DNA of 64,000 bases from Eledone cirrhosa (lineage: Eukaryota): contig OZ024741.1 of NCBI GenBank assembly GCA_964016885.1, positions 319,052,001 to 319,116,000 of the forward strand, in the 5' to 3' direction. This document shows positions 41,201-54,900 of this stretch, one piece after another. Positions within the stretch are counted from its first letter, which is position 1. Each line of letters opens with the position of its first letter. The notes beneath the pieces are model-generated. The model did no database searches and was not told the DNA's origin. It worked only from the letters and a program-made list of their open reading frames with translations. A program made the position numbers and the translations under genes.

Positions 41201-41949
41201 CCTCCTCACTACATTACATGTCACCTACACACCACATGTCACCTCCTCACTACACTACATGTCACTTACACACTACATGTCACCTCCTCACTACACTACA
41301 TGTCACCTACACACCACATGTCACCTCCTCACTACACTACATGTCACCGACACACTACACTACATGTCACCTACACACCACATGTCACCTCCTCACTACA
41401 CTACATGTCACCTACACACCACATGTCACCTCCTCACTACACTACATGTCACCGACACACTACACTACATGTCACCTACACACTACATGTCACCTCCTCA
41501 CTACACTACATGTCACTTACACACTACATGTCACCTCCTCACTACACTACATGTCACCTACACACAACATGTCACCTCCTCACTACACTACATGTCACCG
41601 ACACACTACACTACATGTGTGTTACTACTTTACAGGTGACAGTTGAGAAATACCAGACTACAGAAGAAATAAAGGCGAGAGAAGAAGCCAAACGCTTGAA
41701 AGAAGAATGTCAGAAGAAAGAAAAAGCAGACAACTCTCACGAACGAGCCATACAGGACATGATGGGGGGCGTCCTGGAGATCAGGAAGGAAGATGAACTG
41801 AAGAAGGTAACCCTTTCATCATCACCAGCAACACCATCTTCATCATCGCTATTACCACTACACCACCACCACCCCATCATCATCATTGTCATTATCACCA
41901 TCATCGTCATCACCATCATCACCACCATTATCACCGCCACCATTATCAT

Positions 41950-42001
<52 letters not shown>

Positions 42002-42051
42002 GTCGTCATCATCATCATCATCATCTTCACCACCACCATTATCATCACCAC

Positions 42052-42089
<38 letters not shown>

Positions 42090-45000
42090 CCACCACCATT
42101 ATCATCACCACCGCCATCATCATCATCATTATGATTGTTGTTATAATCATGATCATCAACCCCACCACCACCACCACCATCATCATCATCATAATCACTG
42201 TTGTCATCATCAACATCATCATCACCATCATCACCATTATCATCAACACTGCCATCGTCGTCATCGTTGTTATCATTATGATCGTTGTTATAATAATCAT
42301 CACCATCACCACCACCACCACCACCATTATCACCACCACCATCACCATCACCATCACCATCACCACCACCACCACCACCATTATCACCACCACCATCACC
42401 ATCACCACCACCACCACCACCCTTATCACCACCACCACCACCATTATCACCACTATCACCACCAGCAGCATTATCACCACCACCACCACCACCGCGCTTA
42501 TCACCGCTTATCATTTTTTTTTTTTTTTTTCGTCGAGACACCTACACAATCTCATTATCTCATTTATTTGGACTGGATGTTGTGGTACCAACTTTACAGA
42601 GAGAGAGCGGTGTTGGTGGGAGTGGAAGGATAGGGTAGGGGTAGTGGATTGGGGTGTATATTTGGATAGGAGGTGCCTACTGACTGAAGGTTTCGCTTTG
42701 TACATAGGCAAGGCGGGTCTTCTGTATTACTGCGTAGCACACATATATACATAATGGGTTTTCCCATATTTTTCACCTACCAAATTTCCCTCACAAGACA
42801 ATGATTAGCTCAAAGCTATAGTAGAAGACACTTGCCCAAAGTGCCAGACAGTGGGATGGAACCTGATACCATGCAGTTGCAAACTGAACTTTTTAACCAC
42901 ACAGCTATGTCTAGATCTAAAAAAGTAAAAAAATAATCTTGTTTTTGTTTAATTTTCTTCCCTCCCAGGAAATTCCAATCCCAACAGTTGGACCAGATGA
43001 AGAAGAATGGACAGATGAAGAAGTGAAAATAATGAAAGAATATGAACGCAAAGTAAAAGAGTTAAATGACGAACGAGAGAAATATCGCAAAGTAGGTATC
43101 ATCATCATCATCATCACCGTTTTACATCCATTCTTCCATGCTAGCATGGGTTAAACGGGTTGTCCTGTTGTGGGCAGTGTCTGGTCGGCTGACCATGTCT
43201 TGCTCATACGGGAACTGATTCTGGCTTGATTTCTACAGCTGGATGCCCTTCCTAACACCAACCTCATTTACAGTGAGTGCTGGGTGCTTTTTTCCCATGG
43301 CGCCTACACATACACTTTACAGTGTGGGCTGGGTGCTTTTTTGCCGTGGCGCCTCCACGACCACTTTGCAGTGGGAGGGTGTGGGGGCATATTGTCTATA
43401 TGCTTCAGCTTTGGCTTGTACCCGTGGGGGGGGGGGGGGTCTTCTGTATTACTGCGTGACACCAGAGGTCACGGTTGTGTGTCATCGCCTTTGAGAGGTG
43501 CAATTGGGTAAGGTCGGCTTTTATCACCTCATCCCAGGTCTTCTTGGGTCTCCCCACTCCACGGCTTCCATCGACTTCTAGTACTCTGCACCTTTTTATG
43601 CAGCTGTCATCCTTCATACGCATCACATATCCATACCAACGCAACCTCCTCTCCTGCACACAGCATTTGATTCCACTTATGCTCAGTCTCTCTCTCAATT
43701 CGTTTATACTTTTTTTCTCACTTAAATTCTAACTTTAATTCTAACTTTAATTCTCAACTTCCTGTAATGATTTAGCAGAAAACATTTTAAAACATGGTTG
43801 TTAATTCAAATGTTTATTTATCTTTTCTACTGGACAAATTGTTGTGAAAATTTACATTATTGTCTCTTAACATCCTGTAAATATTCAGCAAATAATATCT
43901 AAAAATAGGTTTGTTAACTCAAATGTTTATAATATCTTTACTAGAAGACAGATTGATCATTGTGAAAATTTGCAGTGTTAAAGTAATGACCACAATTTTT
44001 AATGTAGTGCAGTCATAGTGTTGTTTTGTACTTTCCAAGAATGTTTTGCTAAGTTGGTTTTATGTGGTACATAATGTTAGAGTTAAATTTATGTGGTACA
44101 TAATGTTAGAGTTAAATTTATGTGGTACATAATGTTAGAGTTAAATTTATTGTTGAAAATGTGGTCACAGATTAACTTAGAGTATTGTCTAAGATTCACT
44201 AGTTTTTCTATTTATGCACATGGCACTAAAAAGAAAATTGAGAATTACCTACTTCATTACCATATTTTGAATGAAAGATATTTTTATGATTTTCAAATAA
44301 TTTTGAAAATAGTCTAAAATTTAGTAATATAACTAGCTTTCTTATAAGGCTGGTTTTGAGAACATCATCATCACTGTTTTACGTCCATTCTTCCATGCTA
44401 GCATGGGTTAGACGGGTTGTCTTGTTGTGGGCAATGCCAGGTTGGGTGACCTTGTCGTGCTCTTACAGAACTGATTTTGGCTTGATTTCTACAGCTGGAT
44501 GGCCTTCTTAACACCAACCTCATTTACAGTGAGTGCTGGGTGCTTTTTTTCCATGGCACCTACACGACTACTTTACAGTGTGGGCTGGGTGCTTTTTTGT
44601 TGTGATACCTCCATAACCACTTTGCAGTGGGTGGGGGTGGGACATATTGTCTATATGCTTCAGCCTGTACCTGTAGAAGTCAGGTCTTCTGTATTACTGT
44701 GTGACGTCAGAGGTCAGAGTCCTGTGTCATTGCCTTTGAGAGGTGCAATTCGGCAAAGTCAGCTTTTATCACCTCATCCCAGGTTTTCTTGGATCTCCCC
44801 ACTCCACGGCTTCCATTGACTTCTAGTGTTCTGCACCTTTTTATGCAGCTGTCATCCTTCATACGCATCACATGTCCATACCAACGCAACCTCCTCTCCT
44901 GCACACAGCATTTGATTACTCTTATACTCAGTCTCTCTCTCAATTCATTTATGCTTTCCCGTTCGCTTATATTACTATTACACATAGGGCGGTGGATTGG

Positions 45001-47223
45001 CAGTATCGGTAGAGGGTCGGACGCCATGCTTTCCAGCATAGTTACGTCCCTTTACGATCTGAGTTCAAATCCCGCCGAGGTTGACTTTGCCTTTCATCCT
45101 TACGGGGTCGATAAAATAAAGTACCAGTAATGCACTGGGTAATTGCTGGCCTTGTGCCTAAAGTAGAAACAATTACTATTACACATCTATCGGAGCATGC
45201 AAGCGTCGTTTCTTTCTAATCTACACAAGTCTTCTACACACAGTGCCCAGGTCTCACTACCATGCAACATTGCTGTTCGTATGTACGCATTATACAGTCT
45301 ACCTTTCATTTTCAAGGAAAAGCCTTTTGCAGCTAGCAGTGGCAGTAGCTCCCTGAACTTCTTCCATCCCGTTCTTACCCTGGTTACTGTACTTTCAGAA
45401 CATTCATCTCTGCTGCTAATTCGGTCACCTAGGTAGCAGAAGCTGTCTACTGTTTCTACAGAGCCCTTCCAGAGTTTGGTAGTGCTTGTTTCCTATGGCT
45501 GTTTGCTGTTTACTGTCCCAGTGCAGCTGCTACATGTAAAGCCTACATTCTTAGCTAAACTTCCTGAGATCCACTACATCTCTTGTGTACCCATAGTTTG
45601 CATTTGGGGCAGAGGATGGAACATAACTGTATAAAATTATGTTGGAAGGCTAGAATAACTACATCGTATTTTTGCATGTCATAAGAGCTGACTAAAGTGG
45701 TTGACATCAAAATGAGCATCTGACTGTAAAACAACCTGTCCAGCCCATGCTAATAGAAAAGTGGACATAAAAATGATGTTGATGATGGGAAAGTTGAATT
45801 GGCATCAAAGTGTTGACCTTTATCTTTTAATCTTTGTACATTTCTTGTTTTCCTAGGGTCTTGAGAATGAACTGAAGAAATTACGAGGATCTATCCAAGA
45901 AATAATGGTAAGCTTTGATGAAGTGGTTAACAACTTATTTCAGAAACACATCAAAGTGTTAATGGCAATCTACCAGGTGAGTTAAACACACGTTCACTCT
46001 TAACATTCTGTAATAATTTAGTATTTAGAAGATAGTATTAAATAAAGATATAGATATGTGTGTGTTAAAGTTTGTATTTGTGTATTGTGTATCAACAGAA
46101 TTAACCAGTGAAGCAGTTTATAACATAAGAGGATGTATGTATTATGCTATCAATATAGCAGCATGTAATATTCACCATTTTAGTAGTATATAACATCATA
46201 AGACTTTATAACGTTTTAATATAATTTATTAATAAAGATTGGAAGAGTTGTGTTAGCTGTGCTGGCATGCCAAATGAAATTAAGGTTCTGTGTCAAGTAG
46301 AAAATATCTAAAAGCAGGTTTATTAATTCAAATATTTATAGTGTCTTTACTAGTGGACAAATTCTTATGAGAATTTGCAGTATTAACTCTTAATATCCTG
46401 TAATTTAGCAGAAACTATTTAAGCTCTTCAGGGGCGTAGACAAGATAACTTGTCCTAACATGTTTGAACTCATTTCCAACAGTCATAACTTCAAAGTTAT
46501 GAACTCATTTCCAGTAGTTCATAACTTCAAAGCTAGATGGGGTTACTAGTTTATTGATGTGATGTTTGTCAATCAAAATAGTCATTTTACTGAGAAAAAA
46601 ACCCTGGCACAGCAACTGTAGTTGTGTAAAATATATGTGGCAGTCAGGTTAAAAACAAGTTTGTTGATTTAAATGTTTATAATATCTTTACAGATTATTA
46701 GGAAAATTTGAAGTAAACTAAAGTCAAAACTTTTATTTTTTAATCATAAGTGCTGTTTTATACTTTACAAGAATGTCATGCTGATATGATTTCATATAGT
46801 ACAGGATATTAAGAGTTAATGTCAATTTACGAGGTGAGCTAATATAGATGTTCATTAATCAGGTGAGTTAGACAGGTGTTAATTTGAAATAAATCTATCA
46901 GGTGAGCTAAACTGGTGTTAGTTGGCAATCTATCATGTAAGCTAAACACCTATCTACTCTTCCTGATTCTGTCACCATTTCAACACTAGCACTCTCCACT
47001 CTCACCATTTCTGCACCACAAAATTTAGTTTGAGGATAAACATTTCAATAATATATTTTCTCTTACCATTTCAACAGGAAGAACTGAAACTGAACCGCAT
47101 CAAATTGAATTTGTTGGTGGAAGATGAATATTCCATTTATGAGAAGCAGCTGCTTTTGGAAAGGGACTGCAAACGAAAAGAAATGGTAATGTACAGTTTA
47201 TGTATCATTTGAAGCTCATCTAT

Positions 47224-47268
<45 letters not shown>

Positions 47269-47688
47269 CATATAAATCAAGATGGATACAGTCTAGAAAC
47301 TTAAAAAAATTATTTAAGAAAAATATAGAACTCCATGGTCATCAGCCATTGAGATGAACTTAGGCAGTTTCAACCCCTACCAATGGTACAGCTGGTCCAT
47401 CAGATGTCACCGCGTCTAATATAAGATAAATGCATATACTATACATATATCTTCAAAATGGCTGACTGAATACTCGTGTGTTTTTTTCCTCCTTTTTTTC
47501 TCATTTTTTTACCCCATTCCTTCCTCTTCTCACTCTTTATCTTTTTAGTTTATCTTCTATTTCTAAATCTTCTGATGAAGGACTAGTGTCCAAAACATTA
47601 AGACCCTTTTTCTGCTATTTCAAGCATTAAACTAATATATTTCTTTGATGTACTGCGTCGCTTGCTTTGCTATATCTTTTTAATTTTT

Positions 47689-47719
<31 letters not shown>

Positions 47720-48162
47720 CATAGACACACACACATATATATAAATATATAACATTTAAAATGTCATATACTTGTGGTTGTTCCTAATAAAACTATGAAA
47801 TTTCCAGTTAGTTTTTATTATAATTATTTCTTATATCTTCTAGGAGAATATTCTTCAAAGTGTACAGGATTCCGAGAAGAGGAATGTAGACTATCGGGTC
47901 AAATATGAGCAGATTCTGTTAGAAGACAGACAGTTGGAAAAGAGTTTCAGAAATGACTTCTTTGGTATTTCTGTAGTCCTTCTAGAAATTCTCCACAAAC
48001 ACTTCCGCAAACGTCCAAAGTAAAGACTTAGTCATCACTTAAAACCTTTCAATACCAAACTGGCCAAAATTGGCTCTGGTTCTATGAAACAAAACCACTC
48101 ATATATATATATATATATATATATGTCTAAACCCATGCTAGCATGGAAGATAGACGTTAAAC

Positions 48163-48196
<34 letters not shown>

Positions 48197-51100
48197 TATT
48201 TCTCTCTATATCATCATCACTGTTTTCACCTTCACTTTTCCTTGCTGGCATGGTTTGGGTAGGATGTTCTGAGACAATATTTTACAGTTGGATGCCCCTC
48301 CTGACACCAATACTTTTAGTTAATCTATTTGTTCTGTCATAAGTTTGTAATTTCTGCCATAAATTGGAATATAAATTAAGACAGTTTCATATTTCTAATG
48401 AAATATAGTATTTCAATTAATTAATTAATGAAGAATTTTGAGAAATTACTAAAATTATTAATTACTCTTCATAACAAAGATAGAAGTTTAACAAATGGTT
48501 TTTATATAAAATAGTGTTGGAAGATGTTAATTTAAAGAGAAACCCTTTAAAATGGGTGGTTTTGTTTCATAGAACCAGCTGGTTTTGGCTGGATTGGTAT
48601 TAAAAAGGCTAATGAAGAATTTTGAGAGATTTACTAACATTATTAATTACTTTATTACAAAGATATTAAGCAACAAAAATCTGTCCATCAATCTCATACT
48701 CCTGCAGAACCTTCCACAACAGGTTCCATGGAATGCTGTCATATGCTTTTTAGAGGTCTATGAAACAAGCATACATCTCTTAGCAGTACTCTCACGATTT
48801 CTCAAAGACCTGCCACAGTGTGAATATTTAGTCAGCTGTGCTGTGTCTGGGATGAAAACCATGCTGTTCATCAGCTAACTTGGACTTAACAATATCCCTA
48901 CATCTCTTTGCCAGACACTTAGCATAGACTTTACTGGGAAGGCTTAACAAGGAGATCCCTCTATAATTAGAGCAATCTGTCTTGTCCCCCTTTTTGAGAA
49001 TTGGGATTATCAGTCCTGATTGCTATTGCTTTGGTGCCTTTTTAGAGATTTAGGTCACCTGGCACACATAAGTCAGCCAGAGAATACCTTCTCTATTTAA
49101 GGCTTTTAACATCTCAGGCTGAATTTCATCCTCCACAGAGGCCTTGCCACATTTGAGTGCTTTAATTGCTCTGGTGACCTCAGTCTCAAAGAGGTTAGTC
49201 TTCATCTCTAGAGGCACTTCATGTATAACATTGTTGCCTTAGAGTCCCTATACAAATGCCTTAGTATTTGTATTCAATAAATGGTTCTAACTCAGAATCA
49301 TTCAATATGGGTGTCATACTCCTCTAAGAGTGCATATTATTACTTCGCCTGTTCATAATCTTCATGAACAGCATTGACATGTGCAGCCAGTTCAGAAGTA
49401 GCATAAAAATCAACAGATGTAGGATCAATCAACTGGAATTTGCAGATGACATGGTGCTACATCACTTGTCAAAAGGTGATCTTTGACATGCACTGGATAG
49501 CTTAGCTGCTGTGTGTTGCACGGCAGGAGTAGAAATCAGTGCTGTGATGACTGAGACATTTGTCCTTTCAAGAAAACCTGCTCAGTGCACTCTGTATGTG
49601 AGTGGAGTTCCACTGAAGCAGTTGAAAAAGTTCAAATATCTTGGGACCATGTTCATGAATGATGGCAGGCAGGAGACTGAAATAAGTGCAAGAATTGCAG
49701 GATATGGGGCAGTAATGTAATCAGAAGAAGAGAGGTAAATATAAAAGTCAAACTTGCTATCTTTAATTTGGTGTTCATGTCAACCCTTACGTATGGTCAT
49801 GAATCTAGGGTAATGACCAAAAGATTATGATTGCAAATACCAGTGGCTGAAATAGGGTTCCTCTGAGGGGTGATTGGAGTAATGTTACTCAATAGAGTAC
49901 CTAGCTGAGTTCAGAAAGTTGCTCCAGGTAGAGCCATTACTTCTCTGTATCAAGGATCTCAACTCCAATACTACAGACATGTAGTTAGAATGTCTAAAGA
50001 AAGAATTCCTAGAGAGATTTTATGGGCAAAGCCAACCAGCAGGTGTCCCAGAAGCAGACCCCAAACAAGATGGTTGGATAACATCCATAAGCTCAGTTGG
50101 TTCCAATAGAACCCTTTGGAAGGTGTATTTGAAGACTTTGCTCCTAATCCCCTCCCAGGAATAAGTGGATGAAGAAGAAGACTTAGATAAGAACTTAACA
50201 TTTGGTTCTTATATAAAATTATATTAGAAAATTTTAATTTAAATAGGAATCATTTTTGTTTAATAGAATCACAGCTGGGTTTGGCCAGTTTCAAAAGGGT
50301 TAAATGTTTTACATTTGACATAGAAAGTTCTTCACATAATGGTAAAGGATTCCCTTTAGATTTCTTTTCTCCATATATTGACTTATTATCGATCAGTAGT
50401 TGTCAATATACACCTTTTTGATTGATTTCCTTTCTGTTTCTACCATTTAGGGCTTATAAATTCAAAACCCCTGAAACATTGCCATCTGGGGAAATTGCAA
50501 TGCAAAGTATATATGCCCACAGGAAAATTGTTCTCACTCAACTTGCGAATACTTCACTTACTGCTGCTCTTCAGGAATTAGACAATGAGAGCAACCAGCC
50601 TGAAGGTGTGGACCAGCAGACTTGGGCAAAATTGTGCCACATAAGAAAAAACAAGATTAATAAAGAAGCGCATGTAAGATCCAGTAATTATTTTAACCTG
50701 TAGTTGATCCCTGCTTGACCCCTGGTTGTTTAGTTCTAAATCTAATTTTGGGCAGAAATCATTAACATTATCATCATCCCTTTCTCTCTCTCTCTCTCTT
50801 TCTCGTTCTCTCTCTCCTCAGGTATATATGTATATATAATTGTTTCTACTTTTGGCACAAGGCCAGCAATTACCTAGTACATTACTGGTACTTTATTTTA
50901 TCAACCCCATAAGGATGAAAGGCAAAGTTAATCTCGACAGGATTTGAACTCAGACCATAAAGGGATGTAACTATGCTAAAAAGCATGGCATCCAACCTTC
51001 TACCGATACTGATAATTCAAGGGTAAGAAATTGTCTAGACAAATGTATCCACATTATGGTGTTTGTACGATTATATAGGCACAATGGTACAAGAAGATCT

Positions 51101-51895
51101 GAGAGTTAAGTTGTTAGAAGATCGATTGTTACCATCCATACATATATATATATATACATAGATAGATACATCGGATAGCAAATCAAAGAACTTACATAGA
51201 TGGTAAAATTTCGAGATTTCAATATTTCTATACAGATGTTTCATGAGTGCAAGAGAAATGGTAAATAGATGGAACCATAAGTTGAAACACTCAATTGCCA
51301 GTAGAATTTCATCTTACTAAACGCATCATAGACGACTAGTCACCATACCATCAAAAGAGGATTTGAACGCACATGGTGAGGAATGTAATAATATGAGGAT
51401 ACAGGCAGGCCAGCGGGAATGCTAGAAATGAAACAGACCTTGTAACAGCATTGAGTGTTTCGAATGGTGCACTGCTTGTAACAGTTGTTACACACCTAAC
51501 ATATATATAATAATGGGTAAAAATCAAAGTTGTAGCTACAATATATTTGATACCAATCAAATTGTTTAAGGCAGTCACAAAGCACTCAGTGGTGTGAAAA
51601 TATACTACATTTTCACCCATAGTAAATGCAAGAAATTGATAAAGTATGACACCAGGAATAAAGTGACCAAAAGCATGTTGCCATAATAATTGTTTCTACT
51701 TTAGGCACAAGGCCAGTAATTACTGGTACTTTATTTTATCGACCCCGTAAGGATGAAAGGCAAAGTCAACCTCGGCGGGATTTGAACTCAGATCGTAAAG
51801 GGACGTAACTACGCTGGAAAGCATGGCGTCCGACCCTCTACCGATACTGCCAATCCACACGCCAATGATGACAACATTGATATATACAAACAGGT

Positions 51896-51947
<52 letters not shown>

Positions 51948-54900
51948 ACATAAATATGACCGTTATCGCTCCAATCAGTCCATAAAATGCACTCATGACT
52001 GACTCCTGCTAAACCAAACCGTACACACCCTCCAAATTTAGCAAACCAAATGTGGCGGACCACCCATCTTCCCAAACTTGGCATACATAACCAGGCTGTG
52101 ACAATCACCAAATGAGGAAGACAGACGTTATCAAGCTGCAGCTGTCATATATATAGTTTCTTTATAGTAAAGCTCCAAAAGCTATTATATATACACAAAA
52201 AATGCCAAGTCCACACTGTATAGTGGTCATGTAGGTGTCACGACAAAAAGCACCCAGTACTCGCTATATATGAGGTCGGCGTTAGGAAGGGCATCCAGCT
52301 GTAGAAACGGAGCCAAGATCAGTTCTGTATGTGCAAGACATGGTCACCTTACCTAGGAATTGCCCACAACAGGACAACTCGTCTAACCCATGCTTGCATG
52401 GAAAAAAATGGATGTAAAACGGTGATGATGATGATGATGACACAAATGAACAGACACATACACACACATACATTTTTCCTTTCATTCTTCTGTTTTGTTT
52501 TCTTTCATTCTCTGCCCCATTTCTTTCTGTTTCCATTCTATGTCATACACCAGGTGATGAAAGCAGTTCTAACATTTGCTGAACTGGGAGACTTCCACCA
52601 ATATAAGTTGGAGCAACTGGAAAAGGCACATACAGATCTGGATGATATAGAAACAAGACTGAAGAAGTAAGTCTTACTCTGCCCAAGGTGGGTGCCTGGA
52701 TATTTAGTGCTTTAGGCTAGCGCTGAAATAATGTGTGCCTGGGTATTTAGTACCCTTGGCTAGCTCTACAATATGTGCCTGGATATTTAGCAACCTAGGC
52801 TAGCTCTACAGTGTGTGCCTGGGTATTCAGTGCCCTAGACTAGCCCTAAAATGTGTACTTGGGTATTTAGTTCCTTAGGTTAGGTCTACAATGTGTACCT
52901 GGGTAGTCAATGTCCTAGGCTAACCCCACAATGTGTGCTTGGGTATTTAGTGTCCTAGACTGCGATGGATGTGTGTTGTTAATATGCATGGAAGGGCTGA
53001 GGAGAAAACTGAGTATAAGAGGAATCAGATGTAATGTGCAAGAGAGAAGACTGTATTGGTATGGACATATGATGTGTAAGGATAATGATTGTTAAGTGGA
53101 GAGGTGTTAAGAGTTCCCAGTAGAATGAACCTGCAGTAGAGGAAGTTCCAAGGAAGACTTGGGTTGAAGTGGTGAGAGCAGATCTCAAAACGCTAGACCT
53201 GACAGACATGACGAAAGAATGCAGTCTCTGGAGGGAAGCTGTACAGGAAATGACCTGCCCAACCCATGCTAGCATGGAAAATCAGATGGAAAAGGATGAT
53301 GATGATATATACGAGAGTAATCCCAAAAGTAAAGCCTCCAAAGCGATGGGGACGCAGAGAAACTGTTCGTACGGCTGTTGGCAACACTGTTGTGATTGGT
53401 GCTTCCTTCACTCCCAAACAAGCATGCGCGTGCTTCGCTGGGATGCTCAATCTTGGCTTGGCAGCCGTTGAAAATGGAGCTCCCGTTGAACGGTACCGCC
53501 AAGTGCGAATTTCGCGCAGTTATTATATAGAGGGCAATCCCAAAAGTAAGGTCTCCTTCCAAGGAAAACATGCGTAAAGATCGGCGGATCACTCTGGATG
53601 CTCTCTGCATTTTGGTTCCTGAGGTTTCCCGAAGCACCATCCACAGGATTTTAATGGAAAAGTTGCAATATCAGAAGGAGATCTTACTTTTAGGATTGCC
53701 CTCGTACATGCATACATACCATATATAATTTTATATAACCAGTCCACATTATCTCCAATTTTAAAAATAATTTGATACTAATGTTGGTAACTAGTGCTGG
53801 TACCCTGATAAAATGCACCCAGTACACTCTGTAAAGTGGTTGGTGAAAGGAAGGTCATGTAGCCATAGAACACTTGCCAAACAAAGGGAAGAGAGGACTC
53901 TCCAGTTATGAGACAACTTCTCCAGTGTAGATGTCACAATAAAATGTTCCTGATGCACTCAGTAGAGTGATACAGCCCCTATCCTGTCTGAGAGGTTAGT
54001 AGCTCCGATTAAGTACTGACTTTGTCTGGGAAGATCCATCCAATCCTTGCTAGCAAGGAAAACAGATATTAACCATTTATCATTTACATTACTCTTTATT
54101 TACTATTGTATTTTCACAGTAAAGTCTTTATTTCATAATTACCTCACATAATATCGAATCTATAAAATTTTGATGTTATTCATTTTGAGAACAATACCTT
54201 AACATCAGTATGAGTGGCCAGTTATGGCCAGTTTGAACAGAAGAGGTGAGAGAATTCTGGTCGGATACAGCTGGTTTAAATGCTAAAGGATTAAATGATG
54301 ATGAGTGTGATGAGGATGATAGCAACGATAATGATGATGATAGTGGTTGTGGTGGTGGTGGTGGTGGTGGTGATGGTGGTGGGGGTTGTGGTAATGGTGG
54401 TGGTGGTGGTGATGATGATGGGAGTTATGGTGGTGGTGTTGGTGGTGATGATGTTGGGGTTTGAGGTGGTGGCAGTGGTGATGGTGACGAAGATAAGGGT
54501 TGTTGAGGTGGTGGTGGTGATGATGATGGGGGTTGTGGTGGTGGCAGTGGTGGTGGTGACGAAGATGAGGGTTGTTGAGGTGGGGGTTGTGGTGGTGGCA
54601 GTGGTGATGACGACAACAATAATGATGATGATGATGATGATGCCTCTACTGTGGTTCCAGCATAGTCTAATTAAAATTTGTTTCTTGTGATTGTAGACTG
54701 AAGATTGAGAAACAACAATTCCAAATTGACATTGATATACAGCTGTTGATAAAACAGGGTCAAGAGGAATTAGAACATGACGCTCTCATACATGATTATC
54801 AAGGAGCTGTCCTCATCCATCGCAGCATTATTGAAGAACTCAATGCCAAAATCAAGGTCTATATTTATTTTAATTGCATGCCATTTACTGTTTGTGTTTA

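Noticed and set aside
39584-42754. ORFs of 400-600 aa (THYMSP/LHVT repeats)
   Set aside because: Translations of an 18/23-bp minisatellite, open in several frames; only 41636-41806 is a real exon
51020-51680. Possible Penelope remnant with a - strand hammerhead (tctatgatg...gaaacatctgtataga)
   Set aside because: The core lacks CUGANGA and no coding similarity was recognisable; too degenerate to call
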